In this document: piece by piece, positions 47,911 through 60,146 of the stretch | How the letters are laid out: each line of letters begins with the position of its first letter | How positions within the stretch are numbered: the stretch's first letter is position 1 | From: Lytechinus pictus | Lineage: Eukaryota | Direction: 5' to 3' | Length of the DNA: 64,000 nt | Assembly: GCF_037042905.1 (NCBI RefSeq) | Contig: NC_087251.1 | Span: forward strand, 7,256,001-7,320,000 | Notes under the pieces: model-generated | What the model saw: the letters and a program-made list of their open reading frames with translations, nothing else | Database searches by the model: none | Told to the model about the DNA's origin: nothing | Made by a program: the position numbers and the translations under genes

Positions 47911-48758
47911 GGGGAAGGCGGCCGGGGTAAGTTGTGACACTTTTTACATTTTGCATGTTAGAATTGATATGACAAATAATCTTGTAGTAATAAGTAGGCC
48001 CTACCTTGCCTTTAAATTTAATTCTTAGGAAATATTTTTCACCTATAAATAACTTTATACCCCCACGTTGAAAGTCATTGTCACCTTTGAAAAAAAAAAC
48101 GATGTCAAATGGCTCAACTTGCCCCGTCTGTGGGGTAAGTTGTGCCACCTTCTGGGGTAAGTTGAGCCACAAAAACTATGTACAAATTGTATGCGGGAAG
48201 AACCAGCATGTCAATTTTTTATTTCAAGTCTTTTCACTTGCTAATTCTCTATTAAATACTAACACCCTCTAAAAATAAAAAAAATACTGTCATGTGAATT
48301 TGCTCCTTTCTGCCTGCATATCAATGGCTTTTTAAGGGTTTTTATTTTTTTATTACACATTACCATATAAGAATTACCATGGCTCAACTTGCCCCATGTT
48401 GGCTGGCTCAAATTACCCCCGTCTGAACTTAATGCGATATTTTCACATCCACACATTTCTTATGCATCCGTCATGTAAAAGACTATGAAAAGAATGATAA
48501 TCCATACCTGGGCTAACAATATTGTTCGTATGTCTTTGTTATATTTAAAGACGTGTGTGGGTAAAAAGCACTGATATATTTCACACCCTTTTTTACTTTT
48601 TTGGCTGAAGTTTGTAATTTTCCCTTTAAAAAGTACTTTTTGTTTCAAAGTTGATAACAATGTGGTGGGGATAAAGGTTATGTAATGGGTCATCCATACA
48701 TGACACCACCACAACCTCTGGCCTTGGGGTGGTGGCTCAACTTGCCCCCACCTTCCCC
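47911..48758. mobile_element. TA-flanked TIR element, inverted copy of 36672-37518
   Basis: TA|GGGGAAGGCGG ... CCACCTTCCCC|TA; body is the reverse complement of the intron-1 copy. Confidence 0.85.
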
Positions 48759-49943
48759 TACCCTTTTTTCGGCTTTTTTCTAAGGGTTCCCGTGACAAGG
48801 AATGCATTTATGACCTTTTTATCTCTAAGTAATGTAATCATCGTAATCACCGTAATTAGCATAATGAGCTAAATAGCATGACCCCCTAATCCCTGATAAA
48901 TAAGTTGGTCTATAGGGGCTATAGGTTTTCCGTGACAAGGAATTCGTTTATAAGACTAGTTCTCTCTCTTTTTTTTTTACTTTATCATTAATATTAGCAT
49001 AATAAGCATAATAATCCAATTAATATAACATATACAATTCTTTGTCACCGTAATATCTTGGAAACATGTATGCAGCTCTCATAAGGTTACCTATGACAAG
49101 GAATTCATTGAGGACACTAGTTGACGGGTGCGCCGTAAAAAGCACAACATATTGAGCTAATATCATGTCCAATATAAGATCTCTTAGTCACTGTATTATA
49201 TCTAAAAAGCTTGAAAATGAGAATAATCAAACTCTGCTGGTGTTTTCAGGTCAAGATAAAACAGTGACAAAGAAATATTGATATTGCATTAATTTATTAG
49301 TGCATTTTGGTATCAAGTTACGATGATTTTATTTTTAGAAAGAAACATTAATGTCATAATGAATTCCTCGTCGTAGAAAACCTTAGAATAACTGTATTAT
49401 TCATATTTCCAGGATAGATGAAAACAAACTGACAAAATATGAAATCTACTTAGGCATATAGAACACATAAATGTCATCAGCGCATCACGGTAATTATGTT
49501 AATTATACGATGATCCACAAAAATGTCAATGTGTTGCACACGTATGTTAATTAGTTAATTATGCTTATTTGATGTTAATTACAAGAAAACAATTCATAAA
49601 AGAGAAAGCCATTGCCATAAATGAATTCCTTGCAGTATCAATCACTAGAATAGTAGTATTATTTTTATGTTTTCAGGTTTTCTGGACATAAATGACAAAG
49701 CCAAAGCTCTGTATTACATACTATACTTTCTCTCGATAAGCTTAGTTTCGTTGATAAACTTTAAGTTTATCGGCGAAAAACTCTGTTTTTCATAAACGAA
49801 GTTTTTCAATTAATTTGGTAAGCAGAGTTTTTAGATAGACTAAGTTCATCACTTTGGGGAGCCCTGTTTATCGAGATGACAAACAGGATTTGTTGAAAAC
49901 TAAATTATCAAGCGGTCAACGATGCCTTTCGGTCATGAATTTA

Positions 49944-50768
49944 AGGTTAAGTCCATCCCAGGAAAATGCTGATTTGAATAAATAGAGAAAAACCAATCTA
50001 GCATAATGCTGAAAATTTCATCAAAATCGGAGGTGAAATAAGAAAATTATGGCATTTTGGAATTTTTCACAATGCAGTGATACGCACAAGATCCGATGAT
50101 GTCCTTTACTCACTATTCCTTTTGTTTTTTATTGTTGAAATTACACAATATTTCATATTTTTTTACACATTTGACAATGACGGCCAACTTGACTGAACCA
50201 TAAGTATTAATTAATGCTAATTCTACATGTTCAGGGAGAAATTAATCGTTGTCGGTTTCACTTGACAATGAGGAGAAATTTAGAATATTTTACATTTCAT
50301 ATAATAAAATACAAAAGAAATAGTGAGTGGATGACGTCATCAGTCGCCTCATTTTCATACCGACCAGGATGTGCATAAAACTGTTTTGTGAAATTAAACA
50401 AAACTTTAAAATGTCACAAATTTTTTTTTTACATCCGATTTTGATGAAATTTTCAGTGTTAAGCTTGTTGGATTTTTCTCTATTTGTTCATATTAACTTT
50501 TTTGTTGGGATGGAAATTTAGAATATTTCACATTTCATATTAATAAAATACAAAAGAAATAGTGAGTGGATGACGTCATCAGTCTCCTTATTTTCATACC
50601 GACCAGGATTTGCATAAAACTGTTTTGTGAAATTAAACAAAACTTTCAAATGTCACAAATTTCTTATTTTACATCCGATTTTGATGAAATTTTCAGTGTT
50701 ATAGTTATAGGCTTGTTGGATTTTTCTCTTTTTGTTCAAATTAAACTTTGTTGGGATGGACTTGTCCT
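49944..50768. mobile_element. Kolobok-like MITE with an internal duplication of about 240 bp
   Basis: AGGTTAAGTCCAT ... ATGGACTTGTCCT|TTAA; about 50277-50512 is repeated at about 50514-50758. Confidence 0.8.
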
Positions 50769-51285
50769 TTAAGTTCATATAACGGCATAAATTTTATATT
50801 TATCATGATTATACAAAACAATGTTTTCCTCGATAAACAGAAGTTTTCGGTGAGAAATTGAATTTTTTAAAGTGAAAATTAAAATTTTCAATTGATGTGC
50901 AGAGTTAATCACCTTGAAAAACTTACAATTCATCGCTTGAAAAACTTGGCTTATCTTTGATAAACTTGTTTTTTTTTCTCGAAAATTCCCGTTTATCACC
51001 TCGATAACCGTGATGGTTTTTCAAAGTGAGATAAATCAAATTAATCAAGCACTCCGCTTATCAATAAAAAAAAAACTATAGTTTATCATTTGATATGCAT
51101 ATTTTTCCTCGAATGATTCAGTTTTCTTGAAAAAAATATTTTGATCGCTCGAAAACTGAGTTTATCTAAATAATTGGGCATTTAGGCTTGCCATACCCCT
51201 GCACCCACACTGATCGCCATTCTAAAAGAAAAGGGGCGCGTTTCATCGCATTTGCCATCTGACAAGTTGTCAGACAAATTGTTGA

Positions 51286-51862
51286 AGGTCAAGTACACTC
51301 GGGAAAATGTTGATTGGAATAAACAGAGAAAAATGAAACTTGCATAACGCTGAAAATTTCAGCAAAATCCGATCTAAAATAAGAAAGTTATGATATTTTA
51401 CAGTTTTGCTTATTTGTCACAAAACAGAGATATGCACAATTCAGTAATCAGTGACATGTAAATGAGATAGCCGATGATGTCCTTCATTCACTATTTCTTT
51501 TGTTTTTTATTGATTGAATTATACAATATTTCATTTTTTATATAAAATTATTTGACATTAAGGACCAACTTGATGTTCAGGGAGGAATTAATCGTTGTTT
51601 CACTTGACAAGAGGAGAAAATTAGAATAATTCATATTTTATGTAATAAACTACAAAAGAAATAGTGAGTGGAATACGTCATCAGTCTCCTCATTTGCATA
51701 TCGAACAGGATGTGCATGTGACTGTTTTGTGAAACTTAGCGAAACTTTAAAATGTCATAACTTTCCTATTTTGCATCCGATTTTGGTGAAATTTTCAGTG
51801 TTATGCTTGTTGGATTTTTCTCTTTTTATTCAAAATAAATTCTTGTTGGGTGGACTTGTCCT
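51286..51862. mobile_element. Kolobok-like MITE
   Basis: AGGTCAAGTACAC ... GTGGACTTGTCCT|TTAA. Confidence 0.8.
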
Positions 51863-54800
51863 TTAAAAAACTTTCCTTGATTTTGGTTGGCTGAAATACA
51901 ACTGACAGCAGGCGCGGATCCAGGATTTCGTAGGGAGGGGGGCCCAAATTCGACCTGATTTTGGCGCCCCTGTGTACTTTTCGGAAAAATGGCGGCCCCT
52001 CCCCTTCCCTCCCCCCAGGCAATCATAAGTGCCTTAAATGCATGTTAAATTATCTTACTTCATAGGAACATGAAGAAGAGGAAATTGAATAATGGTTTCA
52101 TAATGATGTGTTCATGAATAAATGTAATATCACTTTAAAAAAGAATCAATGCGAGCGCGAAGCGCGAGCGATTTCTATTTTAACAATTTGATGCTTTCAA
52201 TCTCGTTTAACTTCTCATCAGAGTAGACCCTGCTAGAATTATATGAGCGGGAGCCAGGCGCGGATCCAGGATTTCTTAGGGGGCCCTAATTTCAAGTCAA
52301 GTAATAATCGTGCCAAAATATTGACTCCCATTGCCGAATGGGTAATGTCTAGTTACTTCACACAGAAACATCTCTTGCATTGTATAGGCATACTTCGTTC
52401 TTCTGGGTACCCCCATTTTTTTCTTTTCTACTTTTTGTTTTAGGGCTTGAAAAATCTTACGGGGATGACGCCCCTGTATCGCCGCGTATGAACACAGGTT
52501 GTGCAATAACTAAATTGCATATTCTGCATGAGAAAAAATTAATGTTTTATTTTGGGTAATATATTCTTTAAAAGATATACATGCTTTTTATTATAGAGTT
52601 GAGGTAGACTCAGTAGTCAGCACTCAGCATTTACTAATTGGGAGTGCACTGCCTACTTAGATCTGTAAGTGTTTGGATATATTATATAATCTTTTGTTAT
52701 TCGCTTGAAATCCATTCAAAACAGTGAGTTGTCTTGTCAATCCTATTCAACAAACATTGGATCTTTCGCTTTTGCAAAAATCATATCAAGTATCAAAAGG
52801 TTATGTATGAAATGTATCTTATAATCTTGCTCAAATTGTATATACTCCAAATAGATTTTCAAAAGAAACAGAATGCGTGTAAACGGTGTAAATAAAACAA
52901 ATATAAGATACTAAAGATAAATATGCTGTAAAAATATACTTTATTGGCAATGTCTATATAAATATGAAAACAATGCTCTTAAGTTCACATCATTTTGGAC
53001 GATAAGTTCTTATTTTTCTTTTTCATACAATACAAGTGAAACATGAATTCCAAGGTCCCATGTATCTTGTATACATCAACTATTTCAAGATGTAACAAGA
53101 AATGTAAATGATAGCAATGCAGTTTAGGCCTGAGTAAATCCACGTAATAGTTTCAGTGGAATTCGTTTAAAAAAATACAACGTGATTTCCCACTGTAGGT
53201 TGGAAACGAAAAGGTGTCGTATCATCAACTGTATCTAGCTGTCTTTTACGCATTACTACTTGAAACAAAAATATAGGAACGATATAAACCATAGAGTTAT
53301 TTCAGTTATTTGAGTATTTGACGATTCGTTAAAAAAAAAAACGCATCCGAAACTTTCACCATTACAATGAAAGTTTCATTTATTCCTTTACATATTGCAA
53401 GTAAACTTCTACATTTCTGTAAATAATATATATTAATATATCCATATACAATTAAGTTCACATGGTGGTATACTGCACATCCTATTTCAGAATATGGTAT
53501 GCGTTGTGGTATGAATGTCTACCCACCTAACATGCAAAACGTTTACTAGTAACTAGTGACTTACTACTAGACCGATTTTTACTCAAACGGCTTTCCAATA
53601 GAGAAATAATAAGAGAACATTCACCTAAGAATAGAAATCCTCATTTGTTCTGATAAATATCAAGAGTATCAGTACAAAATGTAAACAGTGTCAGTATAAA
53701 ATGTAATTTGAAATCGGTTTATCAATCTGCTCAGATCAAAGAATAATACTCTCACTACTGCTAAAGTTATATAATTGTTGGCCGTGTACTCCATTCACCG
53801 TCCAATTGAAACATAGGACCTATATATAATATTATATTCCACTTGTTAACAGTATATTTTCCAATCCATTTGGGATTAGTGGCTTAAGTGTTGCAAGCAA
53901 TATAAAAACAACAGTTAAAATCAGACGCTTCTCATACATTTGTCAAAGTGCAGAGTGCTTCCCTTCATGCAAGAAGAATTCACAACTCTTATTCATATTT
54001 TGTTTCTTAGCCTTTAATAAACAAGAGCGACTTTTGTTAGGAATAGAGTTATGGAGTGCTCAGCTCGTGAAGCTCACGAATTACTCATTAAAATATTGAC
54101 GAATTGCCTATATACGTGCCCCCTACTAAAACATGTTACGAAAGTCGCTAGGACAGAACATAATTTTTGTCTCGCCTATATAGCAGAGCGAGACTATAAT
54201 TGGCGCCTCTTTTTGACGATGGGGACGGCGTCAACACTGAAATCTTAACCAAAGTTAAGTTTTTGAAATGTCATAGTTCATGAAACTTGGAAACAAGGGT
54301 AATAAAGTATAGCGGAATATCCTGACTACGTTTGTTTAAAGTAACATGACCATGGTCAAAGGTAATTTAGGGCCACTGCAGGCCTGGCCGCCTGGGTCAA
54401 TGAACTTAGAAAATGTTGGGAGCATCAACATCGAAATCTTACCAAAATTAAAAACTAGAATAAGATATTCCAAAGCGTGTGTAAGATTAAAGCTAATCTC
54501 CCACATTAGATGTATTCAATTTCAAAAAATACAATATGTAAAATGTACGTCGTATTATATAAACTATATACAGCCGTGTATGTGACAAGTTCGATGGTAT
54601 AAGTAACATTGAGATGTTTTCTATCATGTAGTGTATATAATTATAAAGTGTTTTGAATTGGAAGCATGCGCTAAATGTAAATATTTATTTTTATATCAAT
54701 ATATGTATTGAGTAATTTGAATTCATTTGGCGTTATTGTGTTTATGTAAATCATTAACCATAATCTTGAAATACAGTGGATCTTTAGCTTGTATGTAGAT

Positions 54801-56600
54801 TTAGTTGTATGTGAATAATATTTCATTTATTTCATTTATTTATTTATTTATATGTAGAGTTTATGGAGTTTTGAAACTTTTGGAAACCTACTTGAAGTAG
54901 ATCTAATTTAGTTGATTTGGGATTGTGGGGGCCTAACTTAAAAATAACATTACCTGCCGTTGATACGGCGTGCTAAGCATTTTTCTTTAGTGTTTTAGAT
55001 CTACTTGACGCCCTCCGTAGGGATAGTAATTTTTAGTTTGCTTGTGAAAGAAATATGCACCAGTCGGTGACTGGTCGTTTTCTTTGGGGACTTCTCATTT
55101 AACAGTATTTTACCTAGACCAATTGAGAGTTCCCTCATTAACTGGTTCACATGCAAAGTACAAAATTAATGAAGTTAACTTTCTGCCGGTTCATCAGTTT
55201 CTACAGGGGCCGCGCAACGGTTTTCAAAGTGGAGGGGGGGCTGCAAAAAAATCACATTCATAAAATTATGGTAATTTTTACGTTTTTGCACATGGTTTTG
55301 ACAAAAGTGGGGAGGGCCTGAAGCCCCCAAACCACCGCTTCCCCTGCCCCTGTTATATTCATGGAATTACCCGACTAGCTGACTGCAAACTGGTGATTTT
55401 TTTTTCAATTTTTTTCCCTTCCACAGGGTTCCTTATTTTCAAAAAAGCATAATTACATTGTATAAACATTTACAATTTTTCCGACAAACATTAAATAAAC
55501 ATGGTATATACATAATTCATAATACATAGACATGTAGTAGTGATGATTTTGCAGTGTACAAAGAAAACGTCGAATCCAATATCGTTTGGAAAATGACCTC
55601 AAAAGCCGTTATAGAAATAGATTACTTGAATCTGTGAAATCATTAAGTCCAAAATGTTTTTATGCATGTTTTTATTATGTATGTAATGGTAATGGTAATT
55701 ATACATCAATAGAAATGTTTTGACCTTGTGGGCAATTAACGGCTCTTTTTTTTTTTTGGGGGGGGGGGTATATTCGGTTGGCAAGCAAAATCCACAGAGT
55801 GACACACAAAATGTTGACGTCCGCACAAAATTTGCCAGTCTTTCTTTTTGGTAAATGTCAAATATCATAGAGTCTATGTCAACTATTGTATGAGAAGGCC
55901 CCAAAGCAGGGTAGGAAATACACTGGAACTCAGCTCTAAGGCCGATTTTTTAGCTCCCCATATGAACTAAATAAATAGATCTAGTCCCCAAATAACAAAA
56001 TAGCCGTCAGTCAATTATCCTCATAGCCTAGGGTTCAATGTATAACATACCGACATCACTAAGGTCGAAATACATTCATGACTATGGTGGTCAACTGGTC
56101 ATGAGTTTTGAGCCATAATTCAAAGGAAACAAATATTCAATTTGGCATAACTGATCATTTTTTGACGTGAAATGTTTCTTTTCCAACGATTCATCGAATA
56201 GGTAGGGAATCAAGTATGTTTCATGCAACCTTTTCTCGACCGTGCGTCATTCATATTTAACGAAGAGGGTCTCATAATTATGAAAAAAGAAGAAATGGAT
56301 GTTTCAGTTATGAACTTTGATTGAATAGATAGCAGTAAAAGCCAGAAAAATCGTAAAATTGCACGTGCAAACGAAAATTTGGTAACACCATTTCCATTGT
56401 TCTAACTCAGTCATGCATGTTTTATTACCATTGAACTGGTCTTTAAATGACAGAAAGAAATCATATATTTCGATTTATACATCACAGGAAGAAAAATTAT
56501 GATTATGGCAGCAAAAACTTTCACCGAATTACGGTTTCGTTTTTTCTGGGGATTCACTATATTCTAACTTCTCAATGAGACATCAAATTATCAATCGATG

Positions 56601-57750
56601 CAGTGGCGTACCGTGGGTCACGGCATTGGGGGGCACCAGCAAAAAATTTGAGTCACTTAGTAAGCGCGCGAAGCGCGCCCAGTTGCCAGGTATACTGACC
56701 TAATAGAGACATTTTAAGGACAGTGCCATTAAACGGATATGTCTCTCACTGGTCAAATAATGCGAGCGCGAAGCGCGAGCTTAAAATTTTTGATATTCAG
56801 ACCTAAAAGTGGACATTATAATCAATCTTTTGTAATCATGATGCGTACCTGTCTCGCTAAATAATGCGAGCGCGAAGCGCGAGCTGAAATTTTTGTAAAT
56901 ATTGACCCCCAAACAGGAAGATTTTAAGGACTATATTTTAGGAATTCATTAAGAGTATGCACATCTCACCATAGTCATCTAATGCGAGTGCCAATAAGCG
57001 CTTGCTGATTTTGTTAGAATTACATCTAAACATGCACATAAAGCACTTGTAATCATGATTAACATATACCCATCTCACTAATCAAATCTTGCGAGCGCGA
57101 AGCGCGAGCTGAAAATTTAGGAAATTCAGACCTGAATAGGGGCATTTTAAGGCTTGTTTGTAGGAATTCACGAAGACCATACGTAGTTCACTAACCAAAT
57201 GATGCGAGCGCGAAGCGCGAGCTGAAAAAATTGTGATATTCAGATTAGAAAAAGGGACATTTTAAGTACTGATTCTAGGAATTCATGGAGAGCAGACATA
57301 TTTCACCAATCCACTACTGCGAACGTAAGCGCGGACAGGAAATGTTTTATATTAAGACCTTAAAATGGGGCAATCACTTTAAGTAGCCATGAAAAAGAAG
57401 CATACTATTGTACATAAAACAATAATGACTCGAAGTGCGAGGAATTATGTTTGGCAGTTTGGTGTATATTGACTTGAAAACGGGAGGTTTTAGTATAACA
57501 GGATTATACATCTCGGTAAACAGACGATGCGAGCACCAGGAACAATGAAGACATAGGCCCTGAGCAAATTATGTTTCATAAAGTTATGATATAATATAAC
57601 TTATAATGAACAATAATCTCTATTTTCCCACTACGTTTCTCTTTCTTTCTCCCTCTTTTTCTCCTTTTCCCCGTGATTTTTTTTTGGGGGGGTCAGCCGA
57701 TTGGGGGGGGGGGCACGTGTCCCCCCATGTCCCCCGTAGTTACGCCTCTG
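56601..57750. mobile_element. hAT-like element with internal tandem repeats of about 110 bp, nested in the 8.3-kb element
   Basis: aatcgatg|CAGTGGCGTA ... TACGCCTCTG|aatcgatg; repeated tgcgagcgcgaagcgcgagct. Confidence 0.88.
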
Positions 57751-58349
57751 AATCGATGAATGTTCATGTTTCACCATGTGTTCCTACCTCTCAAATTTGG
57801 GCGGATGTACTTGTCTAGGGAGCCAGCTTGCTTTAGCCTCTCCGCTTTTCTTTTTCGATTTTCGTAACCTGAAAATTGTTTGCTGGCCATGGTACTTGAG
57901 AACTTTGTAGTTGGGCGTGGTCGCCTGGGCGCCATGAGTTGCAGACTGGCGAGTTTGAATTCGCGCCTTGCCCGCTTTCCAGACCATAATGCGCATGCTC
58001 GTAACTTCGAGAACTTCGAGAATTTCTCGGAAGTCTCTTCGGGACGGAATTTATGAATGCGGAAATAAAAACACGAATAGTCTTAAGGCCTGAACAAGTT
58101 CTTGTATTGTGATCGAGGCGGTCTGAATATACGGTTATTATCAATTTCCACTTTCCAAATAACTATGGAGCGCAAGTTATCCCGACCTACAACTAGCTAC
58201 ACGGTGATTCATTGCCTGCTTGTTATTGGTGTTGAACGTGACGATGTTAACATGTGCTTTGTAACCTATGTAATTAGGTATATGGCTTAAAAAGAATGCA
58301 ACTTGTATAACTTATACTAGTTGCACTCTTTTTAAGCCATACCCATACA

Positions 58350-59312
58350 CAATTCCAGCGCCCCCTAGTTCTCACATCAATTTGGCGCCCCCTCGTTCGA
58401 ACATCAATTTGGCGCCCCAAGTTCGAATAGCAATTCGGCGCCTCCTAGTTCGAACATCAATTTGGCGCCCCTAGTTCGAACATTCAATCGGCGCCCCCCG
58501 ATGTCGAACATAAATTTTGCGCCCCTACGCCGAACATCTATTTGGCCTCCCTAGGTCGAACATCAATGTGGTGCCCCTAGTTCGAACATCAATTCGGCGC
58601 CCCCCTAGTTCGAGTATCAATTCGGCGCCCCTACATGTAGGTCGATCATCAATTCGGCCCCCCCCCCCCGTTCGAACATCAATTCGGCCCCCAGTTCGAA
58701 CATCATTTTGGCATCCCTTCGAACTCAATTTTCCTTCCCTAGTTCGAATATCATTTCGCCCCCCTAGCTCGAGTATCAATTTGGCGCCCCCGTAGTTCGA
58801 ACATCAATTCGATGCCCCCTAGTTTGAGTATCGATTTGGCGCCCCCTAGCTCGAACATCGATTCCCCCCCCCCCCAGTTCGAGTATCAATTTGGCGCTCC
58901 CAGTTCGAACATCCTTTTATCATCCCTTCGAACATCATTTCGGCGCCCTCCTAGTTCAAATATCAATTCGGCGCCCCTACATGTAGGTCCAACATCAATT
59001 CGGCGTCCCTAGTTCGAATATCAATTCGGCGCCCCTACATGTAGGTCGATCATCAATTCGCCCCCCCCCCCCGTTCATTTTGAAATCCCTTCGAACTCAA
59101 TTTGCCTTCCCTAGTTCGAATATCATTTCGCCCCCCCCCCCTAGCTCGAGTATCAATTTGGCGCCCCCTAGTTCCAACATCAATTTGGCGCCCCTACGTC
59201 GAACATCAATTCGCCCCCACCCCCGTTCGAACATCAATTCGGTCCCCAGTTCGAACATCATTTTGACATTCCTTCGAACATCATTTCGGCGCCATTTTGG
59301 TTCGAACATCAT
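58350..59312 (+). repeat. Minisatellite with a unit of about 27 bp
   Basis: Consensus approximately gttcgaacatcaatt(t/c)ggcgccccta, over 30 diverged units. Confidence 0.92.
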
Positions 59313-60146
59313 TTTCTTTCCTCCTCTTCCTCTTTTTTTTCTTCTCGTCCTTCCCCCTCTTCCTCTCTCCTTTTCTTTTTTTCTTTTCCCCCTTTCTCTC
59401 TCTTTTTTCTTCTCTTCTTTCTTTCCTCTTTCTCTCTCTCCTTTTTCTCCTTTTCCTTTTCCCTCTTCCTCTCTCTTTTCCCCTCTTCCCCCTCTTTCTC
59501 TTTTTCTCCCCCTCCCCCTCCCTTTTCTTCTCTTCCTTCCCCCTCTTCCTCTTTTTTCTCTTTCCTTCCCCTCTTCTTCTCCTTTTTTCCTTCTTTTCTT
59601 CCCCCTCTTCTTTCTTCTTCTTTTCTTTCCCCTTTCCCCCTCCCTTTTCTTCTCTCTTCCCCCTCTTCTTTCCCTGCTTCCTCTTTTTCTCTTCCCCCTC
59701 CCCCTCCCTTTTTCTTCTCTTCCTTCCCCCTCTTCCTCCTTTTTCTCTTTCTTTCCCCTCTTCTTCTCTTTTTTTCTTTCTTCTCTTCTTTCCTCCCTCT
59801 CCTTTTTCTCCTTTTCTTTTCCCCTCTTCCTCTTTTTTCTTCCCCCTCTCCCTCCCCCTCCCTTTTCTTTTCTTCTCTTCCTCTTTTTTCTCCTTTTCTT
59901 TCCCCCTTTCCTCTCTCTTCTTTCTCCTCTTCTTCCTTCCCCCTCTTCCTCTCTCTTTTCCCCTCTTCTTTTCCCCTTTTTCTCTCTTCTCTTCTTTCCT
60001 CCTTCTTCCTCTTTTTTTTTTCTCCTTTTCCTTTCCCCCTCTCCCCTCTCCTCTTTTCTTTCCCCCCTTTCCTCTCTCTTTTTCTTCCCTTCTTCCCCCT
60101 CTTCCCCTCTTTTTTCCCTTTCTTTCCCTCTCTTCTTTTTTTTTCC
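59312..60146 (+). repeat. Polypyrimidine/polypurine tract of about 835 bp
   Basis: + strand is essentially only C and T; I see just two G residues. Confidence 0.97.

Noticed and set aside
52500..56500. Possible captured gene or transposase fragments within the 8.3-kb element
   Set aside because: Only short ORFs and isolated splice-like motifs; I could not assemble a credible protein. BLASTX is needed to exclude decayed coding sequence.
58350..59312. Possible CRISPR-like array
   Set aside because: Units are contiguous degenerate repeats with no unique spacers; no cas genes; eukaryotic context.
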